From Coleofasciculus chthonoplastes F2-STO-03 (GTDB lineage Bacteria > Cyanobacteriota > Cyanobacteriia > Cyanobacteriales > Coleofasciculaceae), in assembly GCA_040222015.1 (NCBI GenBank), contig JAVJWO010000090.1, positions 1 through 61,995 on the forward strand: a stretch of 61,995 nucleotides of DNA. The letters run 5' to 3'. The notes beneath the pieces were generated by a model. That model saw nothing but the letters and a program-made list of their open reading frames with translations. It was not told where the DNA came from and ran no database searches. The position numbers were made by a program, and so were the translations under genes. Positions 32,189 through 42,280 of this stretch are shown here, piece after piece. The stretch's first letter is position 1, and each line of letters starts with the position of its first letter.

Positions 32189-32290
32189 ATGTCTGGATCT
32201 GGAATTGTTGCCTACTTTTTAATCCTCGGTGGTGCGACAGGTGTCGCCCTCGCCCTGTTTTTTGGTCTGAAAGCGGTCAAATTGATTTAA
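32189..32290 (+). CDS. petL: Cytochrome b6f subunit PetL (below the ORF-track size cutoff)
   Basis: Hand translation MSGSGIVAYFLILGGATGVALALFFGLKAVKLI*: single TM helix with the LFFGLKAVKLI C-terminus, divergent from aroB. Confidence 0.85.
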   Translation: MSGSGIVAYFLILGGATGVALALFFGLKAVKLI

Positions 32291-32408
32291 TAGACCGGAA
32301 AATTTTCGATGACGGAATGAGACCCAACAAATTATTGTTTGGGTTTCACTTCGTTGAACCCAACCGACCACAATGCCATAATCCTGCTGACCCATCAATC
32401 GTACAGGT

Positions 32409-33014
32409 TCATCTTGGCAGCACATCATCAAGTTTAAATGCGAACCTGGGCAACATCGGTGAAACAATTGGCTCTCCCAATCGATATTGCTGTTGAATAT
32501 AGTCTTCACCGACTAACTGACAAATTGTAATAGTCGGCTGTTTAGGTCTGCCAATGAAAGCAACGCCGCCTAAGCCTCGGTAATCAACAATCCAATACTC
32601 TGGAATACCCAACAAGGCATATTCTTCCACTTTACGAGCATAGTCTGTCTCCCAATTTGTACTGACCACTTCAACAATCAACTTAATCGAAGTTCCCAAC
32701 GTAATCACAGGTTCTCGCTCCCATAACGGCTCATTCACTAATGCTGTTTCATCTAAAACTACGACATCAGGACGACGCGCCGTAGCCGCATCTGTAAAAG
32801 GTCTAACAATACAAGTGCGTGGAATAAACCAGGGATGTCTTTGTCGTTCTAACTCAATACTCAGTTTACTGGCTAATTTTCCCGCGACTGTTTCATGAGG
32901 TCCAGTGGGTTCCATGTCTATTAATTCTCCATCCGCCAATTCATAGCCAGGATTGTTGCTATAGTGGGCGATAAATTCCTCAAAACTTAGAAGCTGAGAT
33001 GACGTATAAACCAT
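32409..33014 (-). CDS. Uma2 family endonuclease
   Basis: YELADGELI, RRPDVVVL, LIVEVVSTNWETDYARKVEEYA. Confidence 0.9.
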   Translation of the reverse strand: MVYTSSQLLSFEEFIAHYSNNPGYELADGELIDMEPTGPHETVAGKLASKLSIELERQRHPWFIPRTCIVRPFTDAATARRPDVVVLDETALVNEPLWEREPVITLGTSIKLIVEVVSTNWETDYARKVEEYALLGIPEYWIVDYRGLGGVAFIGRPKQPTITICQLVGEDYIQQQYRLGEPIVSPMLPRFAFKLDDVLPR

Positions 33015-33051
33015 ACGTTAACCTCTGAGTATACGTTATAACTTGTTAGAC

Positions 33052-34467
33052 CTATTCAAACAGGGGTGGTTCTTGTCGTTGATTCTCAGAAAAACTCAGA
33101 GGACTATGGGAAGGGGGTAAACTATTCGCTGTCGCGGGTGTGCGAATTCGTTCTAGCTGACTCAATGCCCAACGCGCTGTTTCCTGAACATCAGCCTCCG
33201 GATCATCTAAGGCATAGGATAATAGCTGACTAATTTGTGCCACTAATTCATACATCAATGTCACATCCCGAATCGCGTTTTTACGCACTTGGGGATTATC
33301 ATCCTGTAGGGAAAGCGCTAATGCTCGATTCATTGGTTTGAGTGTCTTCATACCAATTTGGGATAGCGCCTCTACAATTAAGCTGCGCTGTTGAGAATCA
33401 GACTCTAGCATTAGATTTACCAACGGTTGTACCGCCCTGGAATCTCCCCGTTGTGCTAGTTCCCAAATTGCTTTACGTCGTTTGGCTGGATCAGAGTCTT
33501 GTATGTCTTTAATTAATTGGTTAATCCCATTTTTCTTCGCCAGCCGATGCTTCGGTTTCGTGAGTGCGGCGTTAGTTGAGGGTTCAACATGGGATGGCGG
33601 TTTAATCGATGGGGAATCAGTAACACTCAACGCTGAAGGATTGTACCCGTTGGTATAGGATTCAGAGGGAGGAATTGGGGTGTCAACCGATTCGGCGGGT
33701 GATGAGTCTAGCCTATTGTTACTCGACATTACCATAGGCGGTTCCGGTTCCTCTGGAGGAGAAGAGGGCGGAGACTCCTCGGCTTTTGCAGAGGCTTGCC
33801 CTTTTTTGGGACTATCCAATACCTTGATTAAAAAGAATAAGCCTCCACCAAATACGACTAAGGTTCCAGACAAACCTGCGAGTATCCACAAGAGTTGCTT
33901 GCGCTTGCTGTTGGATTGAGCTTTTTCAGCATTTTGGTTGTCCTCCTGGGCGTTTTCTACTTCCGCCGGAGAATTATCAGGTTCAGGAACTTCCGCCGCC
34001 GCTGCTTGCAGCTTAGTCCATGTTGTTAAACCAACAACACCATCAGCGTTGAGATCGATTGACTCTTGAAATTCAATAACGGCAAGCCTGGTAGTGTCTC
34101 CATAGACGCCATCAGTATCGCCCTCATAGTAGCCTAGCTTTTTCAGCCGAGTCTGTAAGGCTTGCACGGTTTCGCCTCGACTACCCACTTGCAGGGGTAA
34201 TTCCTCAATGCCTTTAGGGGATTGGGCGAGGATTAGGGGGTGGGATAGGTTAACCGATGAATGGGCGATCGCAGGATTTAATCCCACAAAAGAGCCAATA
34301 CCCATAAACCCGCCCAGGCAGGTCATGTAGGCAGCTAGAAGTACGGGGGAGCGATGGCAAGTCATAGGGAAATTAGGAACTTGAAGGGTTTGCCATGATA
34401 GTTTGCCGATTGTAGTCTCACTCCAAGATAGCTCAAATCCTTGCTCGTGACGCACTCCTACAGTCAA
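33052..34467 (-). CDS. Peptidoglycan-binding domain + TM + HEAT-repeat protein
   Basis: GSRGETVQALQTRLKKLGYY..DGVYG..T..AV..FQ; TM helix; HEAT-like C-terminus; start uncertain. Confidence 0.8.
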   Translation of the reverse strand: MTVGVRHEQGFELSWSETTIGKLSWQTLQVPNFPMTCHRSPVLLAAYMTCLGGFMGIGSFVGLNPAIAHSSVNLSHPLILAQSPKGIEELPLQVGSRGETVQALQTRLKKLGYYEGDTDGVYGDTTRLAVIEFQESIDLNADGVVGLTTWTKLQAAAAEVPEPDNSPAEVENAQEDNQNAEKAQSNSKRKQLLWILAGLSGTLVVFGGGLFFLIKVLDSPKKGQASAKAEESPPSSPPEEPEPPMVMSSNNRLDSSPAESVDTPIPPSESYTNGYNPSALSVTDSPSIKPPSHVEPSTNAALTKPKHRLAKKNGINQLIKDIQDSDPAKRRKAIWELAQRGDSRAVQPLVNLMLESDSQQRSLIVEALSQIGMKTLKPMNRALALSLQDDNPQVRKNAIRDVTLMYELVAQISQLLSYALDDPEADVQETARWALSQLERIRTPATANSLPPSHSPLSFSENQRQEPPLFE

Positions 34468-34557
34468 TCAAAGTTTAGCCCTGAGCGGAGTCGAAGGGCT
34501 AAACTGTAGGCTTCTCCTCTCCAAAAGGAGATTCGCGTTTTATAGTGCTGAAATAGG

Positions 34558-35691
34558 TTAGCGGGGTAATCCTTCTACTTCAGAATCCTGGAGTTTGATC
34601 GGTAAAGCAATTAACCCCATCGCCTTCAAACTGCGGATAATGCGATCGCGAGTCGTTAAGGGTTCGGCGGTAACGGTTTGATTGACAGTCGTCCAGGCTT
34701 GGCGGAATGATGTTAATCCCTGAGCAATTTCCTGACGCTGATTAATCAAATAGATACTCACTAACGTCAAACTGACGCCTACCCATTGCAGGGAACTCAA
34801 GACTTCCCCTAAAAACAGATTGCCAAATAGCAGAGCAAAGACAGGAGTCAGAAATGTCAATGCACTGAGACTGGTGAGATTCCCCTTAGAGGCAAAGTAG
34901 AAGAATAACCCGTAGGCGATCGCACTACCAAATATTGTTGAGTAAGCCAGTGCCATCCAGCCACTTAAGTCAATATTCACCCACTGTTGAGATTCCCACA
35001 TACCCGAAAGCGCAAACAAGGGTAATCCGCCTAAAATCATGTGCCAACCTGTCGCCACAATCGGATCGGCATATCGACAGATAAAGCCAATCAGTACCGT
35101 TCCCACAGCCATCGACAGGGACGCCAGTAACATCAGCCATTCCCCATTTTGAAACAGATGCTGCCAACTCAATTCCACCGTTGCCATATTGCCATGGAGC
35201 AGGCTCAAAATCCAGGCATCGGGCAACCCAATCAAACTGATGCCCACAATACCAATTGCCAGTCCTATGCCACCCCACAGACCAATAATTTCACCAAAAA
35301 GCCAACCTGACAGTAAGGCGACAGCTAAAGGCTGAGAATCAATCATCACCGAACCCAAGCCAGCCCCGGTTCGCACTAAGCCCTCGGCTAGAAATCCTTG
35401 AAATAAAGCACCATCTATTAGCGCAAACAGGCTAATCCATAACCAAGCTGCCCACCCTTTAGGCTGAGGACGCCCCATCATGGACGCTGCAATTAGGATA
35501 AGCACTCCAGCAGGGACTAAGCGCACCCCTGCCATAAATAAGGGAGTTGTATCGGGAATGACGCCTTTCATCGCCACCATCGCTGTCCCCCACAGGAAAA
35601 ACGGTGCAATCAAGAGTAAGGGGGCAAAAGGGGATTGGTTGGTTATTTTGAGCTGCATGAGATCGTGTTTATTATCAACGTTGGGGATCAA
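34558..35691 (-). CDS. DMT/EamA family transporter
   Basis: About 10 TM helices, PFFLWGTAMVAMK. Confidence 0.88.
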   Translation of the reverse strand: MIPNVDNKHDLMQLKITNQSPFAPLLLIAPFFLWGTAMVAMKGVIPDTTPLFMAGVRLVPAGVLILIAASMMGRPQPKGWAAWLWISLFALIDGALFQGFLAEGLVRTGAGLGSVMIDSQPLAVALLSGWLFGEIIGLWGGIGLAIGIVGISLIGLPDAWILSLLHGNMATVELSWQHLFQNGEWLMLLASLSMAVGTVLIGFICRYADPIVATGWHMILGGLPLFALSGMWESQQWVNIDLSGWMALAYSTIFGSAIAYGLFFYFASKGNLTSLSALTFLTPVFALLFGNLFLGEVLSSLQWVGVSLTLVSIYLINQRQEIAQGLTSFRQAWTTVNQTVTAEPLTTRDRIIRSLKAMGLIALPIKLQDSEVEGLPR

Positions 35692-35927
35692 CCCGATATA
35701 TTTCTTTATGATTCTTTACATAGATTGTACTAAATTTTTACTTTATGTTAAGCACACGATACAAAAAGTTCTGTTGTATTAGGAAGCCTCTCGTCATATC
35801 TTTGATTTGATGTAGGTAGCTCACATAGTGCAAACTGGTAAAGTAATATAGCGGTTCTCACGCTGGCTAACGTATTTAACGTGGCGGGAAACCGCTTCGT
35901 GTCTACATCCCTCATTTTTGAAACGAT

Positions 35928-36752
35928 ATGCCCTGGCCCTTTAAGCCTAAATCGCGTAAACAAATTGCTCGCATCGAAATCACGGGTTTGATTGCTGGTA
36001 ATACTCGCCAACGGGTACTAGACGCGCTCAAAACCGTGGAAGAAAAGAAATTTCCTGCCTTACTGTTGCGAATTGACAGTCCTGGCGGCACCGTTGGTGA
36101 CTCTCAGGAAATCTACAGCGCCTTAATGCGCCTGCGGGAGAAGGTGAAAATTATTGCCAGTTTTGGGAATATCTCCGCCTCTGGGGGAGTTTACGTTGGT
36201 ATGGGAGCTGAACAGATCGTGACCAACCCCGGTACGATTACAGGAAGCATTGGCGTTATCCTGCGCGGTAATAATCTAGAACGCCTCTTGGATAAGATTG
36301 GGGTTTCCTTCAAAGTTGTTAAATCGGGTCCCTACAAAGATATTCTGGGGTTTGACCGCGAACTCACTGACCCCGAAAAGACGATTCTGCAAGAGATGAT
36401 TGATACGAGTTATCAGCAGTTCGTGCAAACCGTTGCTGAAGCACGAAACCTGGCTGTGGAAACGGTGAGAAGCTTTGCTGATGGTCGAATTTTTACGGGT
36501 CAGCAAGCCTTGGATTTAGGGGTGGTTGATCGCCTCGGAACGGAGGAAGATGCCCGTCGCTGGGCAGCCGAACTGGTGGGTCTTGACCCAGAGAAAACAA
36601 AATGTGAGACGATTGAGGAACCTAAGCGCCTCTTGAGTCGTTTGATTCCTGGCAATACGGGTGGGATGAACTCGGGGTTATCGGCAGGGATAAATTGGTT
36701 AGAATTTGAACTATCGACCAGTGGTCAACCGCTTTGGCTCTATCGACCTTAG
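35928..36752 (+). CDS. sppA: Signal peptide peptidase SppA (short S49 form)
   Basis: LRIDSPGG, SASGGVY, GSIGV, KSGPYKD. Confidence 0.93.
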   Translation: MPWPFKPKSRKQIARIEITGLIAGNTRQRVLDALKTVEEKKFPALLLRIDSPGGTVGDSQEIYSALMRLREKVKIIASFGNISASGGVYVGMGAEQIVTNPGTITGSIGVILRGNNLERLLDKIGVSFKVVKSGPYKDILGFDRELTDPEKTILQEMIDTSYQQFVQTVAEARNLAVETVRSFADGRIFTGQQALDLGVVDRLGTEEDARRWAAELVGLDPEKTKCETIEEPKRLLSRLIPGNTGGMNSGLSAGINWLEFELSTSGQPLWLYRP

Positions 36753-36810
36753 GGGTTTGCTCCAGGAACAGGGGAGCAGGAGAGCAGGGGTGCAGGGGAA
36801 ACAAAAGAGC

Positions 36811-36834
36811 TAACTCACGCACCATGCCCTCGAA
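36811..36834. repeat. 24-bp dispersed repeat following a GCAGGGG tract
   Basis: TAACTCACGCACCATGCCCTCGAA is identical at 44746-44769. Confidence 0.8.
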
Positions 36835-36995
36835 GCTTGTGAAGGGTCAAAGCTCAAAACCTAGTCAGGGCGGGTTTTGTACAAAGGTTACCATCAATAG
36901 CTGGCACGAAAATCCCTAAACCCGCCCCTACAAACCAGATTCCCTTGAGCGAAGCGAAGGGTCAAAACTCAAAACTTTTTAGGAGGATATCAACA

Positions 36996-37391
36996 GTGGA
37001 GTGGCGTGTTCGAGCGATTCGTGGGGCAACAACGGTGTCAGAAAATACGGTTGCAGCAATTCGAGAGGCTGTAACAGAACTTTTAGATGAGATAGAAACC
37101 CATAATCAGATCGACCACGAGGAAATGATCAGTGTAATCTTTACAACGACACGGGATTTGGATACGATTTTTCCTGCCGCGATCGCACGCGAACGTCCTC
37201 ATTGGGACAATGTAGCATTACTGGATCTCCAGCAAATGCATGTAGAAGGAAGCCTGGAACGCTGTATCCGATGCCTTATCCACATTAATACCCCAGTGAG
37301 CCAAACTGAGATTTATCACCCTTATCTGCGCCAAGCGAAAAACTTACGACCCGATTGGAGTTTAGCGCAATTAAGTTCATCTCCCTTATAA
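36996..37391 (+). CDS. aroH: Chorismate mutase, AroH class
   Basis: VRAIRGATT, FPAAIAR, CIRCLIH; AGGAGG upstream of GTG at 36996. Confidence 0.93.
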   Translation: MEWRVRAIRGATTVSENTVAAIREAVTELLDEIETHNQIDHEEMISVIFTTTRDLDTIFPAAIARERPHWDNVALLDLQQMHVEGSLERCIRCLIHINTPVSQTEIYHPYLRQAKNLRPDWSLAQLSSSPL

Positions 37392-37456
37392 GGGGTGTCA
37401 TTTGTCCTTTATCGTATGTCCTTCGTCGTATTAGCGCTTCAGGAAGCACATCCTTT

Positions 37457-37540
37457 CAGGGAACAGGGAACAGGGAACAGGGAACAGGGAACAGGGAACA
37501 GGGAACAGGGAACAGGGAACAGGGAACAGGGAACAGGGAA
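37457..37540. repeat. Heptamer tandem repeat (CAGGGAA)x12
   Basis: Perfect tandem array. Confidence 0.95.
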
Positions 37541-37586
37541 CAGAGAAAAGGAAATTATAATGGATAATCCAGAATTTATCTTGGCA

Positions 37587-39047
37587 GGGGTTTGGGGAGT
37601 CGTAAGACCCACGCTGTAACATAAGATTCAGCGTTGGGATACACGACTCCCCAACGTTAATTTAGGTAACTCAATGCTACCTAAATTAACATTTACAGCT
37701 AAGCAACTCTCTAATAAACGTCTTATGATAGGGGCATGCTGACATTTAACTATTGCTACCGAATCTACCCAGACGCCACTCAACAACAACGGTTGATTGA
37801 GTGGATGGAAACTTGCCGCCGTGCCTATAACTATGCACTGGGGGAGATAAAGGATTGGTGCAATAGTCGCAAATGTTTGATTGATAGATGCTCTCTAGCA
37901 AAAGAGTACATCATTCCAGCAGATACTCCATTTCCCGGTGAACTAAGGCAGCTCAACAACCTGCCAAAGGTTAAGAAGGAATACCCCAAGCTAAGGGAAG
38001 TTCCCTCTCAAGTTCTTCAGCAGGCAATAAAGCAACTGCATAAAGCCTGGGATTACTTTAAATCTCGCGGGTTTGGCTTTCCTAGGTTCAAGAAGATTGG
38101 GCAGTTTAAGTCGTTGCTATTCCCTCAATTTAAGGAGAATCCAGTAACGAACCTTCATGTAAAGCTGCCAAAACTGGGAACAATTCCAATCAACCTGCAC
38201 CGCCCTATTCCATCGGGTTTTACGGTTAAACAGGTGCGAATTACCAGGAAAGCCGATAAATGGTATGCATGTATCAATATTCAGTGTGATGTCAGTGTCC
38301 CTAATCCAAGACCTCATGGACACCCAATTGGGGTAGATGTGGGATTAGAGAAGTTTTTGGCTACCAGCGATGGAGTTGTTGTCAAGCCGCCTAAGTTTTT
38401 TAAGGCGCTACAAAGCAAGCTTAAATTGCTGCAACGTAGACTGTCTAGGAAACAGAAGCGGTCAAACAATTACGAGAAACAACGGCTCAAGGTTGCTCGA
38501 CTTCACCACTACATTGACAATATCAGGAAAGACTTTCACTTCAAGCAAGCTCACGCTCTTTGTGATGCTGGCGACATGGTTTTCATGGAAGATTTAGACT
38601 ATAGAGTTAGCGCCAAAGGGATGTTGGGTAAGCAGATGCTTGATGCGGGGTTTGGTCAATTTCGTACCATCACCCAGTACATCTGCTGGAAGCGAGGAAA
38701 GTTTTTTGGTGTTGTTGATGCCAGAGGCACTTCTCAGGAGTGTCCTGAATGTAAAGGTGAAGTCAAAAAAGACCTAAGTGTTCGGGTACATGATTGCCCT
38801 CACTGCGGTTACAAAACCGACAGGGATGTTGCTAGCACTCAGGTAATCAGAAACCGAGGGATAAAGTTAATTAGTACCGATGGGCTATCGGGAAAGGAAA
38901 CTGCCTGTGCAGCCGATCTACCGGGGGTTGAGGTAACTCAAAACCATCCAAGTGGCGAAACCCCGAAAGGGAATAACCAGGAAATCCTCAAAGTGATTTG
39001 GGGAGGACCCACACCATAATTTTCAATTTGGTGTGGGAGGATGTCAC
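37587..39047 (+). mobile_element. IS200/IS605-family element carrying only tnpB
   Basis: Left hairpins (TTGGGGAGTCG..CGACTCCCCAA); right end CCCACACCA..TGGTGTGGGAGGATGTCAC; left boundary approximate. Confidence 0.75.
37736..39019 (+). CDS. tnpB: RNA-guided endonuclease TnpB
   Basis: YCYRIYP HTH; RuvC GVDVG / MEDL / DRD; zinc finger CPEC..CPHC. Confidence 0.93.
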   Translation: MLTFNYCYRIYPDATQQQRLIEWMETCRRAYNYALGEIKDWCNSRKCLIDRCSLAKEYIIPADTPFPGELRQLNNLPKVKKEYPKLREVPSQVLQQAIKQLHKAWDYFKSRGFGFPRFKKIGQFKSLLFPQFKENPVTNLHVKLPKLGTIPINLHRPIPSGFTVKQVRITRKADKWYACINIQCDVSVPNPRPHGHPIGVDVGLEKFLATSDGVVVKPPKFFKALQSKLKLLQRRLSRKQKRSNNYEKQRLKVARLHHYIDNIRKDFHFKQAHALCDAGDMVFMEDLDYRVSAKGMLGKQMLDAGFGQFRTITQYICWKRGKFFGVVDARGTSQECPECKGEVKKDLSVRVHDCPHCGYKTDRDVASTQVIRNRGIKLISTDGLSGKETACAADLPGVEVTQNHPSGETPKGNNQEILKVIWGGPTP

Positions 39048-39751
39048 TTGTTATTTAAATAACTAGAGGTTTGACTCAGCGAAATGTCTCGCTCTGTAGA
39101 CAAACTCCGCCGCATAATCGACGCTAGAGACTCACGTTTGCGTAAATCCAGCATTTCGGCAAGACTCTGCTCATCCTTATCCAACGGATTTTTTTCTTGA
39201 TCAGGTACGACAGTTACTTCAGTGTCTAAATCATAAGCAACGGGCTGGGAAGAGTCCAGCGTCTGGATTGCTTGTGTCTTCGCCGCCGATTGCGGCGGTT
39301 GGGAAACTTGACGGTGATTTACGGGGCGTCGCCGTTTTTTGCGCCGGGTTGATTTAGACGGTTTGATAACTTGACGACGTTGAGTAGATTGCCTAAACGC
39401 CTGAGTGACTAACAAAGAACCGGCAGCACAACCAAAGGCTAAACCCAAAAATAAAGCAAGGGGTAAACCTTCTTTTGGTGAAGAGTTTTCTGTCGAAGAG
39501 GTGATCGGAGAGTTCGATAAGGGTGTCTGTCTTGCGGTTGATTCCAAAATCGTTGAGACCAAGGGTTTCGGCACAGATTTATTTGACTCAATCCGCCCAG
39601 GATTGAGTAAACCAACGGCTGCCACAGTGCCAATCAAGACGAGAAAGCCCCAGATTGTTCCCCAAAAGACAAAGGGATACCTGTTAACGAGCTGCTGTAA
39701 TACCTGTGGGTAATTGTGCTGTTCGGAAGAATGGTCAGATGAATTGAGCAT
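39044..39751 (-). CDS. Hypothetical two-TM membrane protein
   Basis: Two hydrophobic helices, basic stretch, LAEMLDLRK motif. Confidence 0.7.
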   Translation of the reverse strand: MLNSSDHSSEQHNYPQVLQQLVNRYPFVFWGTIWGFLVLIGTVAAVGLLNPGRIESNKSVPKPLVSTILESTARQTPLSNSPITSSTENSSPKEGLPLALFLGLAFGCAAGSLLVTQAFRQSTQRRQVIKPSKSTRRKKRRRPVNHRQVSQPPQSAAKTQAIQTLDSSQPVAYDLDTEVTVVPDQEKNPLDKDEQSLAEMLDLRKRESLASIMRRSLSTERDISLSQTSSYLNNK

Positions 39752-39940
39752 TGACGCCCTTTACAGTCAGGATCAACTTGAAAACGCGACGCTTTGCGCC
39801 TTGAGAGTAGAGAAACCACTATGCTGAAGGAATTTTAACATGGTTTCTTGGACAACATGACAAAAATCCTCTCAATGCCATTACCGAGATGCGCTAGCAT
39901 TAACAATCGCAAGGCATAGTTTAAAGGGTGAGCGAAGAGT

Positions 39941-42040
39941 ATGACAGGAGAGCTAACATCTACAATTAGCATTCGCGAGCAAAAGCAGCAACCGCATCAC
40001 CCGGATATTCCTGCTCACACTCGCTTACCTCATGGCAGATCATCACGCCCAACTTGGACGATTGAGGAGAGTGAGAAACTTTATCGGATTCAGGGATGGG
40101 GAGAACCCTACTTTTCGATTAACGCCGTCGGTCAGGTGACGGTTTCCCCCAAAGGCGATCGCGGCGGTTCCCTGGATTTGTTTGAATTAGTCGAAGCGCT
40201 CAAAGGACGTAATCTGGAACTGCCGTTATTAATTCGCTTTTCCGATATCCTTGCCGATCGCATTGAGCGCTTAAATGCTTGTTTTGCCAAGGCGATCGCT
40301 CGCTATAATTACCCCGGTCGTTACCAGGGGGTTTATCCGGTCAAGTGTAATCAACACCGACATCTCGTTGAAGAGTTGGTACAGTTTGGACACCCCTATC
40401 AGTTTGGCTTAGAAGCGGGTTCTAAACCGGAACTGATGATTGCCCTAGCCACCTTAAAAACTGATGGCGCTCTCCTTATCTGTAATGGTCACAAAGACCG
40501 AGAATATATCGAAACGGCACTGCTATCGATGCGGTTGGGACAAAAACCGATTATTGTGATTGAGCAACTCGAAGAAGTCCAACTTGTTATTGACATTTCG
40601 GCAAAACTAGGTATTGAGCCGATAGTCGGTGTGCGAGCCAAACTGAGTACCAAAGGGAGCGGGCGTTGGGGAGAATCCACAGGCGATCGCGCTAAGTTTG
40701 GTCTGACGCTTCCGGAGATCCTTTCGGGTGTCAATCAACTCCGGGATGCTGGATTGCTCAACGCCTTGCAGTTATTGCACTTTCATATTGGCTCTCAAAC
40801 CTCTGCCATTAGCGTGATTAAAGATGCGATTCGAGAAGCCAGTCAAATCTATGTCGAGCTGCGTGCCTTGGGCGCTAATATGAACTATTTGGATGTGGGG
40901 GGTGGCTTAGCCATTGATTATGACGGCTCTAAAACCAGCTTCCACGCCTCGAAAAACTACAATATGCAGAATTATGCCAACGATATCGTTGCCGAGGTTA
41001 AAGAAGCCTGTGAAGCTCGGCAGATGCCCGCTCCGGTATTAATTAGTGAAAGTGGTCGCGCGATCGCCTCTCATCAATCCGTACTCATCTTTGATGTCCT
41101 CAATACCAGCGATGTTCTCTCTGGAGAACCTGTACCTGCTCACGAGAACGAACATCTGATTATCCGTAACCTCTGGGAAACTTACGGAAATATCACTGTC
41201 GAAAACTACCAAGAAGCCTACCACGACGCCATTCAATTTAATGAAGAAGCCAAAAGCCTGTTCAATCTCGGTTATCTCAGCCTGACTCAACGGGCTAGAG
41301 CCGAACAATTGTACTGGGCGTGCTGTGAGAAAATTCTCAATATTGTTAGAACTCAGGACTATGTACCTAGTGATCTCGAAGACTTAGAAAAAACAATGGC
41401 GTCAATTTATTACGTCAACTTATCGGTCTTTCAATCAGTTCCCGATTCCTGGGCGATGAACCAACTCTTTCCGATTATGCCTATCCATCGGCTGAATGAG
41501 GAACCCACCTGTCGGGGTATCTTAGCCGATTTGACCTGTGACAGTGACGGCAAAATTAACCAGTTTATCGACCTGCGGGATGTTAAATCCGTGCTGGAAC
41601 TGCACCCGTTAAGAAAAGCGAAAGCACAGGAAAACCCGGGTAGTGGCGGGGAGTTTACGGATAAAGTAACTCAATCGACTGTTCTAGAGAAATCGGGAAC
41701 AACCTCTCATCCTAAAACCAGAGAACCCTATTACCTCGGCTTATTTTTAGTCGGAGCTTACCAAGAAATTATGGGCAATTTACACAACCTGTTTGGCAAC
41801 ACCAATACTGTCCATATTCGACTCACACCCAGAGGCTATGAAATTGAGCATCTGGTTAAGGGAGATACCATAACAGAAGTATTGAGTTATGTTCAGTACG
41901 ACGCTGAGGACTTAGTTGAAAGCATTCGTCGTCGCACCGAACAAGCTCTACAAGACAATAGCATTACCTTGGCAGAATCCCAACGGTTGCTGCAAAACTA
42001 CCAGAAGAGTCTGAGTAGTTATACTTATCTGTCTTCTTAG
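39941..42040 (+). CDS. speA: Biosynthetic arginine decarboxylase
   Basis: YPVKCNQ, GLEAGSKPEL, HFHIGSQ, DVGGGL, TCDSDG, GAYQEIMGNLHNLFG. Confidence 0.97.
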   Translation: MTGELTSTISIREQKQQPHHPDIPAHTRLPHGRSSRPTWTIEESEKLYRIQGWGEPYFSINAVGQVTVSPKGDRGGSLDLFELVEALKGRNLELPLLIRFSDILADRIERLNACFAKAIARYNYPGRYQGVYPVKCNQHRHLVEELVQFGHPYQFGLEAGSKPELMIALATLKTDGALLICNGHKDREYIETALLSMRLGQKPIIVIEQLEEVQLVIDISAKLGIEPIVGVRAKLSTKGSGRWGESTGDRAKFGLTLPEILSGVNQLRDAGLLNALQLLHFHIGSQTSAISVIKDAIREASQIYVELRALGANMNYLDVGGGLAIDYDGSKTSFHASKNYNMQNYANDIVAEVKEACEARQMPAPVLISESGRAIASHQSVLIFDVLNTSDVLSGEPVPAHENEHLIIRNLWETYGNITVENYQEAYHDAIQFNEEAKSLFNLGYLSLTQRARAEQLYWACCEKILNIVRTQDYVPSDLEDLEKTMASIYYVNLSVFQSVPDSWAMNQLFPIMPIHRLNEEPTCRGILADLTCDSDGKINQFIDLRDVKSVLELHPLRKAKAQENPGSGGEFTDKVTQSTVLEKSGTTSHPKTREPYYLGLFLVGAYQEIMGNLHNLFGNTNTVHIRLTPRGYEIEHLVKGDTITEVLSYVQYDAEDLVESIRRRTEQALQDNSITLAESQRLLQNYQKSLSSYTYLSS

Positions 42041-42088
42041 CGAGAAGTTGCGGAATAAGTGTTGGAATCAGGAAAAGTACAATTCTCT

Positions 42089-42169
42089 CCCTGCTTCCCC
42101 TGCTTCCCCTGCTTCCCCTGCTTCCCCTGCTTCCCCTGCTTCCCCTGCTTCCCCTGCTTCCCCAGCTTC
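42089..42169. repeat. 9-mer tandem repeat (CCCTGCTTC)x8 plus one variant
   Basis: Direct tandem units. Confidence 0.92.
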
Positions 42170-42280
42170 AAGAGCTCCCTAACCCCACCACAATACTTAT
42201 TCAGCCGACCCTAAATACGGTGGAATTGCCCACCCAACCAACAACATGAATGGTTGGGTGAGCAACTCACAGGTTATGGA

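Noticed and set aside
37355..37622. ORFs with EQGTGNR / SLFPVPC repeats (also 30792..30986, 44627..44809, 7536..7769, 7843..8073)
   Set aside because: Translations of non-coding tandem or dispersed repeats
41610..41725. REP-derived in-frame insertion in speA
   Set aside because: Only a degenerate GTAGTGGCGGGGAGTTTAC half-match with no partner arm; cannot be supported without ortholog alignment
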